Source of the DNA: Takakia lepidozioides | Taxonomy: Eukaryota > Plantae > Bryophyta | Length of the DNA stretch: 64,000 bases | Direction of reading: 5' to 3' | NCBI GenBank assembly: GCA_030704615.1 | Contig: CM060733.1 | Span: 22,692,001-22,756,000 of the forward strand | Part shown: piece by piece, positions 47,194 through 58,500 of the stretch | Numbering within the stretch: position 1 is the first letter of the stretch | Layout of the letters: every line of letters starts with the position of its first letter | Notes under the pieces: model-generated | Seen by the model: only the letters and a program-made list of their open reading frames with translations | Database searches by the model: none | What the model was told of the DNA's origin: nothing | Made by a program: the position numbers and the translations under genes

Positions 47194-49538
47194 GTATATG
47201 AAATACGTGCTCCTTTCAGACAGGGGCCCTGGCTTCAAGAGCCCCCTTCCTTCATGGCTTGGACCGTGGCGGCCAAGCGTGTCTACACAGCACCCGAGAT
47301 GCAGAAACAATGGCATCCCGCGCATCTCTTGGATGCCCGTGGTACCTGGACATGTCTGGCGGTATTGTTGACGAGTCTGAGAAAGATCTGCACGCCTTGG
47401 CAGAAGAGAAGAGAAAGGAAAGACGTGTCCCTGCTGGGCCAAAGTCGGCAAGGAATCTGCTGCTCTGAAGAATCCAGAAAGGCAGCTGAGATGGCACAAA
47501 AGACGGTGGATGCAGCTGGCAGGCCCAACAAAGGGTCGAAGAAGAGGACTCGCCAGCAAGGAGCAGCTGTTGTGACACCCGCCAAAACGAGAGCAGAAAC
47601 AGCCTGTTCAGGAAGAGGGTGAGGAAGAGGACCTCCGATGGAGACTTTGCAACCACCCACCCCCCCAAACGCAGGCTGCCTCCCCTGTGCCCACCGTTGT
47701 CACGAGAGGCACGAGAACTGGCTCGGCAAAGAAGGCACTCTTCAACCCCCCAGGGGGCACCTTTCGAGCCGGTGGAAATGAAGAGGCCGAAAGTGGCTCC
47801 CAAACTGTAGTCCAGTGTGTAAATGAGAGTTTCTTGGCGGCTTTGGATGGACGGGCAGCCAAGTTGGCATACCTAAAGACCATGGAGGGTCTGAAGGGCA
47901 GAGCACTGAAGAAAGCGACTGCCGAAGAGCCTTCCGACACCCCAGGATTTTAGAAATATGGTCTCGTTCTTTGAGAGGGTGTGTGCAGACAAGGATTGTA
48001 GGAGGGGCGGAAATGCCACCGAGTGGTCTTGCGATATGATCATCTTGGATATTCCGGACGGAGAGCCTGTGAAGGACTGCAAGCTTTGCCATCTTGGAAC
48101 AGGTACTCGGAGGACTTTTGGAAGAAAGGATTCGGGCTTGCCCGCATGGTGTTGGGACGACAGAGGCTGTGTGGTTGTCCTGGCGAGCAGAGGAAAAAAC
48201 ACTCAGACAGGAATTGCGAAGTGGACCCGCAAGAGCGCCGTCCCGATTCTGAAAAAGAAGTGGACGTGCATCAACACACTGGGCCTTCGGTCGGAAGGGA
48301 AGAAGGTGATTACGACACTGGCACTCGTCCATTCATTTGCTTGGGTGTTCTCAAATGCGGTGCCGCATTCGGTTTCTAATCGTTTTCCCCCTGTGTATGC
48401 AGACGAAGCAGTTCGATGCATACTGCTTTGTGAAGGAGAACTCCACCTTTGCTTTCCGGAAGGAGGGAGGAAAGGTTGACCCGAACTGCGACCCACTCGA
48501 TTACGACGTTCTGTTCAACAACGTTCCCAAGGAACTTCTCCTCATAGCCTCACTTCAACGGAACCCCTGCGGTACTCACGGACTCGGAGCCCTGCCTTCA
48601 TTCATCAGACAATTATGGAGACATGCACAGACGTGGAGGGCACAGTGCTCGACCTCATCTGTGGGACAGGTATGCAGAATCTTGATCTCTGCTGTTCTGC
48701 AAATTCTCGTTAGGATGTAGTTCGCAACATGTGAAGCGCCATGTGGTAATGTGTGGATGGCATTGTAACAGGTGCCTCAATGTGGGCTGGGCGGTTTTCC
48801 GACCGGCACCTCTTTGCCTACGAGGAGGATTCATCCGTGTGGGGATCCCATCTGGAGGGGCTGCAACGGAATGTGAAGGCTCCCGACAGAGCGGAAGTCT
48901 CCTCGGATTCGTCGGAGTCCGAGGAAGACACAGTGGACATTGATGCGGAGGAGAACCCGGAATACGAGTGAGTGCAAACATTGTAAGTTTGCAAAGCCTT
49001 CTGGGTCATTTATGTCAAACGAATTTCCCGACTGTGGTTCTCATTAGTCTCGTTGATGATTGTCATGTGCAGGATTGCAGGGTCCGGGTCGAAACATGTA
49101 GGGCCTACACTTCCTGCCAGGAAGAATGTCCCGTTCTTTGCGAGGGCCGATTTCATGACGCCGGTGAGGGACTACTCCCTTCCTAGTTATGCAGCTAAAC
49201 TCGCAAATACAGCGATTAGAAGAAGTGAGAATCCCAGTAAAGTAGAGCAGATTTTGGAGAGGGCTAGGGAGGACAGAAGGATAAGGAAAGAGTTGGCAGC
49301 AGCTCAGACAGGTAGACGGGTACGAAAGTACATATGTGATTCAGCGGATGAGAGCGACGCAGACAGGGAGGAAGACGACCCAACGGAGGTGAGATGGACA
49401 GTTCCGCAAGGGGAAGATGGGATTTTCGAAAGCCTGGCCAACGAGCAGTCCGCTGGAGATGAGAGAGGCACTGAGGGGGTGGAGGAGGAGCAGGACAGTC
49501 TAGAACAGGATGAGGATTCGGATGATTTTCAAGATTAA
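47194..49538 (+). pseudogene. 3' half of the DNA methyltransferase-like cargo gene of copy B (frameshifted as assembled)
   Basis: YMKYVLL, QWHPAHL, DMIILDIPDG (48048-48062), WTCINTL, TKQFDAYC, VLDLICGTG|ASMWAGRFSDRHLFAYEED; collinear with the copy A gene, with matching intron positions. Confidence 0.75.
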
Positions 49539-49675
49539 TAGAATTTTAATGAAGTCTCTGTAAATGTAAATCTCTCTTCCAGAGTATATAAGGAAATTCT
49601 GCCCGACATTCGTGACCCCTCTCCAGTGTGCATTCCAGCCACACAATCGCCCAAACCACGACGCTCCCAAAATCA

Positions 49676-50418
49676 GAAATGGGGCACCGCATTTCCAAAA
49701 CAGGGGAGGGACTAAATTTTCCATTTCAATGTTGGCATAGTAAAAAGTAATCTGAATTGGAAATGCGGTGCCGCATTTCCAAAATTTCCTTTGTCCACAC
49801 GCCAGTTTTGGCCTCTCCCACTCATTGCATGGATGCCACCACGCTTACAGAGGTCGAACAACGAGGTCGAACAAGGAGGTCGACATGGCGGGATTGAAAA
49901 TGCGGTGCCGCATTTCAGTATTGGGGATGGTCGTTGTTCGAACTGCAGGCCCATCAGCAAAAATTGGCACCGCATTCCATTGTTAAAAAAAAGTCGATGA
50001 CGGACATGGAAATGCGGCGCCGCATTTCCAGAACGGACATCGCAATTTGTCCATCTGCAGACCCTCTCTCGGAAATGCGGTAACGCATTCCATCGCGCTG
50101 GTCGGAAATGTCACACTTTTCGAAGTGTTGTACGGAAATGCGGCACCGCATTCCCTTGTCCAAAAAGAAGTTTCCATTGCCAAGCTGGAAATGCGTCGCC
50201 GCATTTGCAATGCCAACCTCTTTTCTGATCAATTTATAGACCCGTGTTGGTATTTCGTGTACCTGGACGGAAATGATGCACCGCATTTTCTTGTCCCACA
50301 TGGAAATGCGGTGCCGCATTTCGATCCCGACATGGAAATGCGGCGCCGCATTTCGGTGCCGACATGGAAATGCGGCGCCACATTTCGATGGCGACATGGA
50401 AATGCCGTGCCGCATTTC
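49676..50418. repeat. Array of ~13 palindromes GGAAATGCGG-YR-CCGCATTTCC (last four in 32-bp tandem)
   Basis: Copies at about 49676, 49759, 49897, 49961 (partial), 50008, 50071, 50134, 50187, 50269, 50302, 50334, 50366 and 50398; outliers at 47093, 48353 and 51535. Confidence 0.92.
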
Positions 50419-50674
50419 AATGTCCGACATGGCGTTACTCTGGTATATTCTTGACACATGACTCACATACCGGTTACTCTGCTATATTCATCCGGACAGA
50501 CACATTGTAGAAATGAGACATCAAATTGTAAACAGTGGGCCAATTCCGACAGTTATTCAACACAATGAAACACAATCATACAGAAGTGAGGTACGATGGG
50601 TTTATTGATCGGACACAATGTCTCACATTTACCAACTGCAGACAAACTAAGCCCTTCCTCCTTCTACATGGCCT

Positions 50675-51253
50675 TCACCAAGTCGACGGAACTTCGATAC
50701 CCCTCAAAACAAGCTCATCACTGCTGCGGCACCTCGAGGTAAACTGCAATTCGGTCGTTCTGCTGCCCTTGCTGGAGCCGACGACAATGTCATGTCCATC
50801 AATGATACCACCATCATACATTGACAAGGTCACTGTGGGCCTCATGTGCCCGTGCGATTCGTCTTCGCAACGCAGCCGAATGTCTCCATACACTGGAAGA
50901 GCGGAGTGATCTGCACGTATATAGTTTTCCCCGGTGCCGTCCTCCCTGGTCCACTGGCAGCAGTTCCAGCGCCAAAGCGAGGCCGTGCGTGATCTATCCG
51001 GCATCCCTTTCCAGCTTGGTATATCGAGGTCAACAATTTTCAGGACCCACGGACCGCATTGACCCTCGCCCTCACCTCGCTCAAAGCGGTAATAGCCCTC
51101 CAGATACTCCATTGCGCGCAAAGATTCTTGCTTGATTCCAGCAGCGTCTGTGAAAACAGAGAGCCAGACAATGATGTCTCCTGATTCTGGTTTGAACATA
51201 GCATAATCGTGGCCATGATAAGGGCAGTCGGCTGGATTTCGGCGGCACGGCAT
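50675..51253 (-). CDS. Unknown cargo protein Y (~192 aa from MPCRRNP), paralog of X
   Basis: Intact intronless ORF that aligns end-to-end with X (DYAM..SGDI..W..EY..G.Y.FERG..PW.L.I.D.D.PS..RWNCC.WT..P.YGDIR..DGG.I.G.DIVV..ELVLR..EVP). Confidence 0.7.
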   Translation of the reverse strand: MPCRRNPADCPYHGHDYAMFKPESGDIIVWLSVFTDAAGIKQESLRAMEYLEGYYRFERGEGEGQCGPWVLKIVDLDIPSWKGMPDRSRTASLWRWNCCQWTREDGTGENYIRADHSALPVYGDIRLRCEDESHGHMRPTVTLSMYDGGIIDGHDIVVGSSKGSRTTELQFTSRCRSSDELVLRGIEVPSTW

Positions 51254-51803
51254 CCTTGAAAAAGAGTAGCGGAGTACGCTCAATGACAGCAGCTCCCGGA
51301 TGGAGGAGGAGCAGCGCGGTGGCTGGAAAAAGTTCAAGCTAACGCTGCAATTCCTCACAAACACTCCAGGGCACATTTAAATTTCCCCCCTACAGGATCC
51401 TGGACCGATGAAGATTGGCTGCTGCATGAATGTAGCCGTTTCAGTTTCCTACCCTGCCATGCAAACTATGGGCAGTCACTGCCAGGTGGGCCGATAGCCA
51501 CTGGACACGACGAAGTCCATCCCCTCTTCGATGTAAATGCGGCGCCGAATTTCCATCCGGGGGGATGGACTTCGGTGGCAGATCTCAAACTATAACTTGT
51601 TGATGAGAAAGATATATGGCTTCATCCACCGCTGGCGTGATGAACACGTTCCACCTCCGTCGGTGGGTACGTGTGACCCAGATGCTCCATTATTGGAGGC
51701 CGGACTGCTCTTCCGCTTCGTATCATTTCCAAAATCTAAGGGCTTCGTAGCTGTCCGCAAGGTCATCGGCATCCAAGTCGTCCTCAGGTCCTCCTTTGCA
51801 AGG

Positions 51804-52367
51804 ATGCCGTGCTTCCGGAACCGGGACGACTGCCCCTTTGGAGGCATCGATTATGCAATGTATTCGGCCACATCGGGAGACATTGTTATCTGGTACACAG
51901 ATTACACAGAAGATACTGGTTCGATTGTGGAAACATTGGTGGCTTTTGAGTATATCGTAGGCCACTACGCCTTCGAGCGGGGTGACGATCTTGGTTTGAG
52001 GAGTCCGTGGCTCCTGCGCATCCTCGATTCCGATTTTCCCAGCTACGACGGTCACCCATGCAGAAGAAGGCGCACTGCTATGCTGTTGCGGTGGAACTGC
52101 TGCCACTGGACGTGGGTGGACTCCATCGGAGAGACCTATTCTCCTCGAGGAGTGCGCTCCTCTTCTCCATTGTATGGGGACATTCGCATTGGTGTGGACG
52201 ACGAAAACGTGAAGATTTCCATATTCGATGGTGGTATGATTGAAGGGCAGGACATTGTGGTGAACATCACTAGGGGCGGTACAACGGCTGCAATCGACTT
52301 TACATGGAGGAGCCCCAGGACTCATGAGCTAGTTCTGAGAGCTGTCGAAGTCCCATTGACAACGTGA
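51804..52367 (+). CDS. Unknown cargo protein X (187 aa from MPCFRNR)
   Basis: Intact ORF, paralogous to Y; AATAAA at ~52451; 3' end duplicated at 9066-9309. Confidence 0.7.
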   Translation: MPCFRNRDDCPFGGIDYAMYSATSGDIVIWYTDYTEDTGSIVETLVAFEYIVGHYAFERGDDLGLRSPWLLRILDSDFPSYDGHPCRRRRTAMLLRWNCCHWTWVDSIGETYSPRGVRSSSPLYGDIRIGVDDENVKISIFDGGMIEGQDIVVNITRGGTTAAIDFTWRSPRTHELVLRAVEVPLTT

Positions 52368-53284
52368 CTTGTATTCAGTAGGCACAGGGCTCAAGATTTG
52401 AGGGCACAATCAGCACAGTAGACGTGCTTCAAATGCAATTCATGTGGATCAATAAAAACCTCATTGTGCCCTCTTTTTATTCTATTCTGTGTCCATCGTT
52501 CCGAGAATGCGTCATTGCTCATTTCGTTTGGGATTGGGAGTGTGGGTGAATTTTGCAAATGGCTGGTAGGCTGAAATGGGCCCCCATTGTACAGAGCAGT
52601 ACCACCCTACCATTCGCGAAACATTGCCTTTCAATATATAATTCTAAATAACATTGCCGAACCTCCTTCATCGGGAGGTCCTTCTCCCCCTATGACCGTG
52701 GCACCCTAAACCCTATTCCCGCGGACACTCATTTCCGGAAAATAGTGCTGCTCATGTTTTTTTCCACACTTACGACTCTGCTCATGGCTCATGCCGCTCA
52801 TGGCTCATGGCTCATGAAATAGCAGCCCCCCAATAGACCCCAAATAGTCCTCAAAGCAAGCCCCAATACCTGTAAGATATTGGCCTCAATAGACCCCAAA
52901 TAGTCCTCAAACAAACCCCCGTAAGGCTCCAAAAATATCCACAATCAGTCGATTTTTCATCCGTCACTGACCAAATTTCATCCAAAACCGCGATAGTTTC
53001 ATTCGTCGTCGCGATATTTCATCCACTGGCACGATATTTCATCCGCTGCGCAGTTTCATCCGTCACCATGATTTTTCATCCGATAGCGCGATAGTTCATC
53101 CACTGACGAGATTTCCGATGCACCGCGAGATCAAGTCGCGGGTTCATCCTTTTGTTTGGTTTTTTTTTTTTTCTGTCTCGCCGCGATCTTTCTCCCCTTC
53201 CCTCCCGCGGCTTTCTCTTTTCCCTCTCCTCCTCTCATCTCCTCTCCCGCGTTCGCCTTCCCTTCCGCGAAGATGGCTGAACAA

Positions 53285-54890
53285 GATGTGGCAAAGAGAT
53301 GCATGGGGATATCGTAAAAGCTGGAATTGTACCAAATGTCATTCTAAACACTGCCCTGGCAGCTCTGGAAAAGGGGAAAGAGGTCCATGGCGACATCTTC
53401 AGAGCTGGAATTGTACCAACTGTCATTCTGAACAATACCCTGGTGGATATGTTTGCAAAATGTGGGTGCATCTTGGTGAACAGCCGTGCAAGGACTCTGT
53501 TCTTGATGTAAGTGAAGAGGGTCGCTCTCAGATGGGAGTGTACACCGGAAATGTATCAGAAAATGTTTAGTCTTCAGGCTTCCCGCACGTCGGGCATTGA
53601 CAGGCTACCTTTCCTCTCTGCATCTGTTTGTTTGTTCAAAGGTACACTCCCCGACCTGCATTTCATTTTCAGTCTATTGCCAAGAGTAGAGAGAGCAAAA
53701 TGTACTCATACGACGTTTGCCATTGCATTGTGGCCATTTACCCAGTCCGTGCCCAGTTTGGGCGGAACAGGGAGAGGTGTGTGTGAGGAGAAAGTACTCA
53801 TGATAGCCTTGTGGCCCATAGACCCTGCACCCAGATTGGGCAGAACAAAGAGGAAGAGAGAGAGAGAGTCATGACACTGGTTGCTAAAACCTTGCCAACC
53901 CTAAACCCAGCCCCAAAGGAGAAGATGGACATGGCGAGGAGGAAACAACAAGTAGGACTGCAAAACCACTTCAATCCATGCCCCATCAAAGGGACCTATC
54001 TTCATTTACAAAGTCAAAGGGAGTGTTCGACACTATGGCTGAACGAGGTGTGGTGTCGTGGAGTGCGGTGCTTGCAGGGTATGCATAGCAGGGACGTGGG
54101 ATGGAGGCTTTGGAGACCTATGAGCAAATGATGTGCGACGGGGTGAAGCCCGACCACATCACATTTGTGTGCGTTTGGAGTGCGTGTGCAAGCCGGGCAA
54201 CCCTGGAAAAGGGCGAAGAGGTGCATGCCGACATCGTCAGAGCTAGAATTGTACCAAATGTGATCCTGAACACTGCCCTGGTGGACATGTATGCCAAATG
54301 TGGGTGCATGGAGGATGCAAAGGGAGTGTTCGACAATATGGCTGAATGAGATGTGGTGTCGTGGAATGCAATGATCGCAGGATATGCACAGCATGGTTCT
54401 CATAGGGAGGTCCTGCAACTATTTTAAGGAATGCAAAAAAACGGCTTGAAGCAGTTTGTGTTCTCTCTGCATGCAGCCACACTGGCCTTCTGAATGAAGG
54501 AAGACGCTACTTCGATTCCCTGATTCAAGATCATGGTGTCACTCGGACAGTATAGCACTTTGGCTGCATGGTGGACCTTCTTGGACGTGCTGGACAACTG
54601 GATGAGGCAGTGGACATGAACGTGCGGCAACATCTGTCCTCAAGTGGAATGAACAGGATGCCGCGACTTATGTTGCTATCAAACATCTATGCTGTAGCTG
54701 GCAGGTGGGTTGATACTGTAAAGGTGAGAAGAATGATGAAGGTCAGAGGGGTTGAAAAGGAGCCAAGTCGTTGTTGCATTGAGGTTTGCAACAGGGTGCA
54801 CACCTTCGTTGTAGATGACAAGTTGCATCCCAGAATTAAGGAAATCCATGCTGAGCTGAGAAGATTGTCTGGGAAGATGAAGGTGATTTG
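53285..54890 (+). pseudogene. PLS-class PPR (E/E+ domain) pseudogene fragments
   Basis: GVKPDHITFVCVWSAC..LNTALVDMYAKCG..VSWNAMIAGYAQHG; MVDLLGRAGQLDEA; LLSNIYAVAGRW..KEPSRCCIEV..VHTFVVDDKLHP; stops and frameshifts. Confidence 0.9.
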
Positions 54891-54949
54891 CCAAGAGCAG
54901 TTTTCCAAATTACCTATGATTACCTACAAGAAACCTGCATGGATAGATG

Positions 54950-56058
54950 GTCAAGTTGAACATACTGGTAAAGTTTGAAAGCAAAGCAAACTCATCTGGA
55001 TGGGCAACCGTCCGTTGGGCCATTGAACGAATTTCGATTGATGTCATACTCATACGGGACCTGTGAGACGGCGTACCGAACATACTGGCAAAGTTTGAAA
55101 AGAAACAAAAATCATTCAGATGGCTAACCATCCGTTGTCCAATCGAATGAATTTCGTTTCATCTCGTATGACTCCTGGACTTGTTGGGCTCCGTTTCGCC
55201 TGCTCATGATTTGTTTTTTGCTCTATTCTTGAACCACTGGCTTGACGACAACATATGCAATGTGCTTACAAACTTTGGGAGCAATCAAAAGTCATTTGGA
55301 TACTAAACCACGATTTCGTGCCTCATTTGCACTCCAAAGTGGGTTTGTCATCAATTTCATGCACTCAAACAAAAATAAATAATAAATAATAAATGTTGTC
55401 TTTGCTCACTATTGCAGAACTCTCTATCTCCATGACAGGTGAACGCGCCGTTGGCCCATTGAACGAATTTCGTTTCAACTCATATTACTCAGGGATATAT
55501 GAGACGGTATACTGAAGACGCTGCAGAAGTTTCAAAGTGAACAAAAATCACTTGGATGGGAATCCATCTGTTGGCCTATCAAACGAATTTCGTTTCATCT
55601 CATATTACACTGGGGCCCATGTTACTGGCAAAGTTTAAAAGAAAACTCAACTCTTCTGGATGGGCAACCGTCCGTTGGGCCTTTGAACGAATTTCGATTG
55701 ATGTCGTACTCATCTGCGACGTGCGAGACGGGGTACCAAACATACTGGCAAAGTTTGAAAGCAAACAAAAATCATTTGCATGTGCAACCATCCGTTGCCC
55801 CATCAAATGGATTTCCTTTCATCTCGTATGACTACGGGACCTGTTTGACTGCGTTTCGCCTGCTCATGATTTTTGTTTTGCTCCATTCTTGAACCACTGA
55901 CGTAAGGACACCATGTGCAATGTGCGTGCAAAATTTGGGAGCGATCAAAAATTATTTGGACCCAAAACCACGATTTTCGCAACCCATTTGTATTCCAAAG
56001 TGGATTTGTCTTCAACTTCTATCACTCTTCATAGAGAGTTCTAGAATAGTGTACGAAG

Positions 56059-56103
<45 letters not shown>

Positions 56104-56746
56104 CCATTTTTCTTTGGTCTAAATTTTTGCAAGGATGCACGGGTGTGAGGGTTGAATACACAGAACAAAATTGACCCAGAAACAATATCATTGCGTGGGA
56201 GAATCCCGCAATCATAGACATTCTAAGTCTAATTATTGAATTAAAATTCAATCTGAAAATCGAGTTAATTCAAAATTGTTCAAAGGGGGACTCCGTCGTT
56301 GGGGGGGGCAAATAGTTTGTTTTTCTCTTGAATCTCTGCGAATGTGTTGCACACATATTCAAGCACATGCGGACTAAAGTTGAGCGTGAACCACATCCGT
56401 TCATCGATGCAATATGCATTCACGCATGATAAGATTTCTTTTTCGCAGTGAGCAAAACTGGATGATATGTGATCGCGCCGTTGGCCCATTGAACAAAATT
56501 TGTTTCATCTCATATTACTCAGGGATGTATGAGACAGTATTTTGAAGACGCTGCGGAAGTTTCAAAGCGAACGAAAATCATTTGGATGGGCATCCATCCA
56601 TTGGCCCATTGAACGAATTTCGTTTCATCTCATATTACACTAGACCCGTCTTATGGTATGTGGAACATACTAGCCTGAAGTTTGAAAACAAACAAAACTC
56701 ATCTGGATGGGCAACCGTCTTTTGGGCCATTGAATGAATTTCGATT
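54950..56746. repeat. Degenerate hierarchical tandem repeat (~110-120-bp subunits; 660- and ~1030-bp duplications)
   Basis: Recurrent CATACTGGCAAAGTTTGAAA..GGATGGGCAACCGTCCGTTGGGCCATTGAACGAATTTCG; 54961-55340 resembles 55621-56010. Confidence 0.8.
56062..56101. repeat. (AT)n microsatellite
   Basis: About 20 AT units. Confidence 0.95.
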
Positions 56747-58500
56747 TGTCGCGGCCCTTTGCCTTGATGGCGGGGGGTCAGAACACAAGAGGGGCTGCCC
56801 CTGTGGTGGGGGTAGTGGCAACATTAGGGGCTCATCACGGTCCATTGGGCCGTGGTACCAGGTGGGCCAAGACTCGTCGTGACTCATCACAGGGAATCGA
56901 GGGCTTAGTGGAGGTTCACCATAAAAAGACTTGGTTATTTGCGAAACCCCCGTCGACACCTACAAAAATATATATAGGGAGTAGAGACCACGAGAACAGT
57001 GCAAGCCCGTTGAGTGACCAAAAGCTAGTGAGTAAGCAAACGAGCTGGAAAGCGACCAAGGTGTGGGAGCTATTCCGGACTGCCATCAACCAAAGGGAAT
57101 TTCCATTGGGCCCGATAGTTTGAGGGTCCTGTGTGGGAGCAATGGAGACCGTTATGCCTCGGTGAGAAGCCGAAGCTCCGAGTTGGCCCGACGGCCAAGT
57201 TGGGAGTTAGGCACACGCATCAAAGCGAGTTACTATGACTTGAAGGGGAGTTTACCTAAGTGAGGTGCACAACACTTGATATCAGAGCCTAGAGTTCAGT
57301 ATGCGATCGCCCTTGGGATCGGCCTCACCATGGAGCCAAGCAAGACCAAGCGAAAACGCAATGGTCCGAAAGCCGATGATCCTAGTGAGCCCGGCGGGGC
57401 CGACGCGATGCCGGAGCGGCAAACGAAAGAGACTATTTATGCTTCTAAAAGTGAGGCCGCTCAAGAGCAAGAGACATTTGGGGAGTCGGAGCCTGAGGAC
57501 TCTCCGAGAGACCCGCCAGTCCAACAGATGCCACTAATGCCACCAACTTTCTGGGAAGGCCTTTTAGCGCAGTTTGATGGGACATTGAAAGACGTGATGA
57601 GGGCGGCTAATGCCATTTCAACTAAGGCGAAGTTTAAGGTGAAGCCTAAGGAATCCGACACCTTCGAGGGCGTCCAAAATCGGAGGGCACTCAATACCTA
57701 GTTCTTGGAGCTGGAGCAGTATTTCAGGGCGGCCAACCTGAGTGACGAGGATCGGGTGGAAGTGGCTCCCACCTATTTGAGGGGCTATGCTCAACAATGA
57801 TGGCAGAAGCGTCTTAATAACCAAGGGTCAAACCTTGGGCCCTTGAGTTGGGGTGAGTTCAAGGAACTCATGAAAAAACAGTTTGTACCTCTCAACGCGT
57901 CCTGGCTTGCCCGGACAAAATGAGGAACTTGAAGCAAACAGATGATATTCGAGGATATGTTCAAGCTTTCAATGTATTGTTGCTTGAAGACGCGGACATG
58001 GCGGAACCAGAAATGGTCTTTAACTTTGTGGCGTGACTGGTCGCATGCGCTAGGTGGAAGTTGGAGGAGAGGCCACCAAAGACTTTGAACGAGGCCATTG
58101 AAAGGGTTGAATGTTTCTCGGATGTCCTTAGAGACAAAAGACAGGGCCGTACGGAGCTGAACCACAAGAAGGTCCAACGGGAATGTGATTGATTCCGGTC
58201 GGAAAAGAAGTGGGATAAGCCACACGGCGACAATGACAATTGGAGATCAAAAGGGGGGGGGGGCCTTCGCGCGCCAGGGCGACACCCGGTGCTCCGAAAA
58301 GAAAAATAGGTGCGACAACACATGGCGGGCAGATGACGACCTTAGGCACATGGCCAAAAAGTGCCCGAAACCCCGACAGTTGAACATGACAACGGCGACC
58401 ACGGAGCTTTCCGAAGACTCCATCAACCGCTTGGCGGAGGCAGTGGTCGCCAAGACTTTGCAAGATAGGCGACTACACGTGTGAGCTGTTCCAGGAGGTT
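56747..58500 (+). mobile_element. Older truncated chromovirus copy 3: internally deleted 5' LTR (56747-57274), mutated PBS, gag pseudogene
   Basis: TGTCGCGGCCCTTTGCC start; TGATATCAGAGC; gag similar to 40617-41790 with multiple stops. Confidence 0.88.

Larger units (their letters stand above)
46778..52830. mobile_element. MULE-like transposon copy B, right portion: MTase-like gene 3' half, palindrome array, genes Y and X, terminus
   Basis: Ends ..GGCTCATGAAATAGCAGCCCCC at 52830, the same terminus as copy C; contains a diverged paralog of the copy A cargo gene. Confidence 0.8.

Noticed and set aside
49676-50418. CRISPR array or coding repeats (ORFs 49954-50466 etc.)
   Set aside because: Spacing is irregular and the repeats degenerate; the ORFs are translations of the palindromic repeat on both strands.
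8604-52830. Single 44-kb transposon with ~700-bp TIRs (8604-9309 / 52124-52830)
   Set aside because: No TSD (AGCGGCGGT vs CAATAGACC). The repeat includes part of gene X and ends at a deletion junction, so it is better explained as the same end of two oppositely oriented copies.
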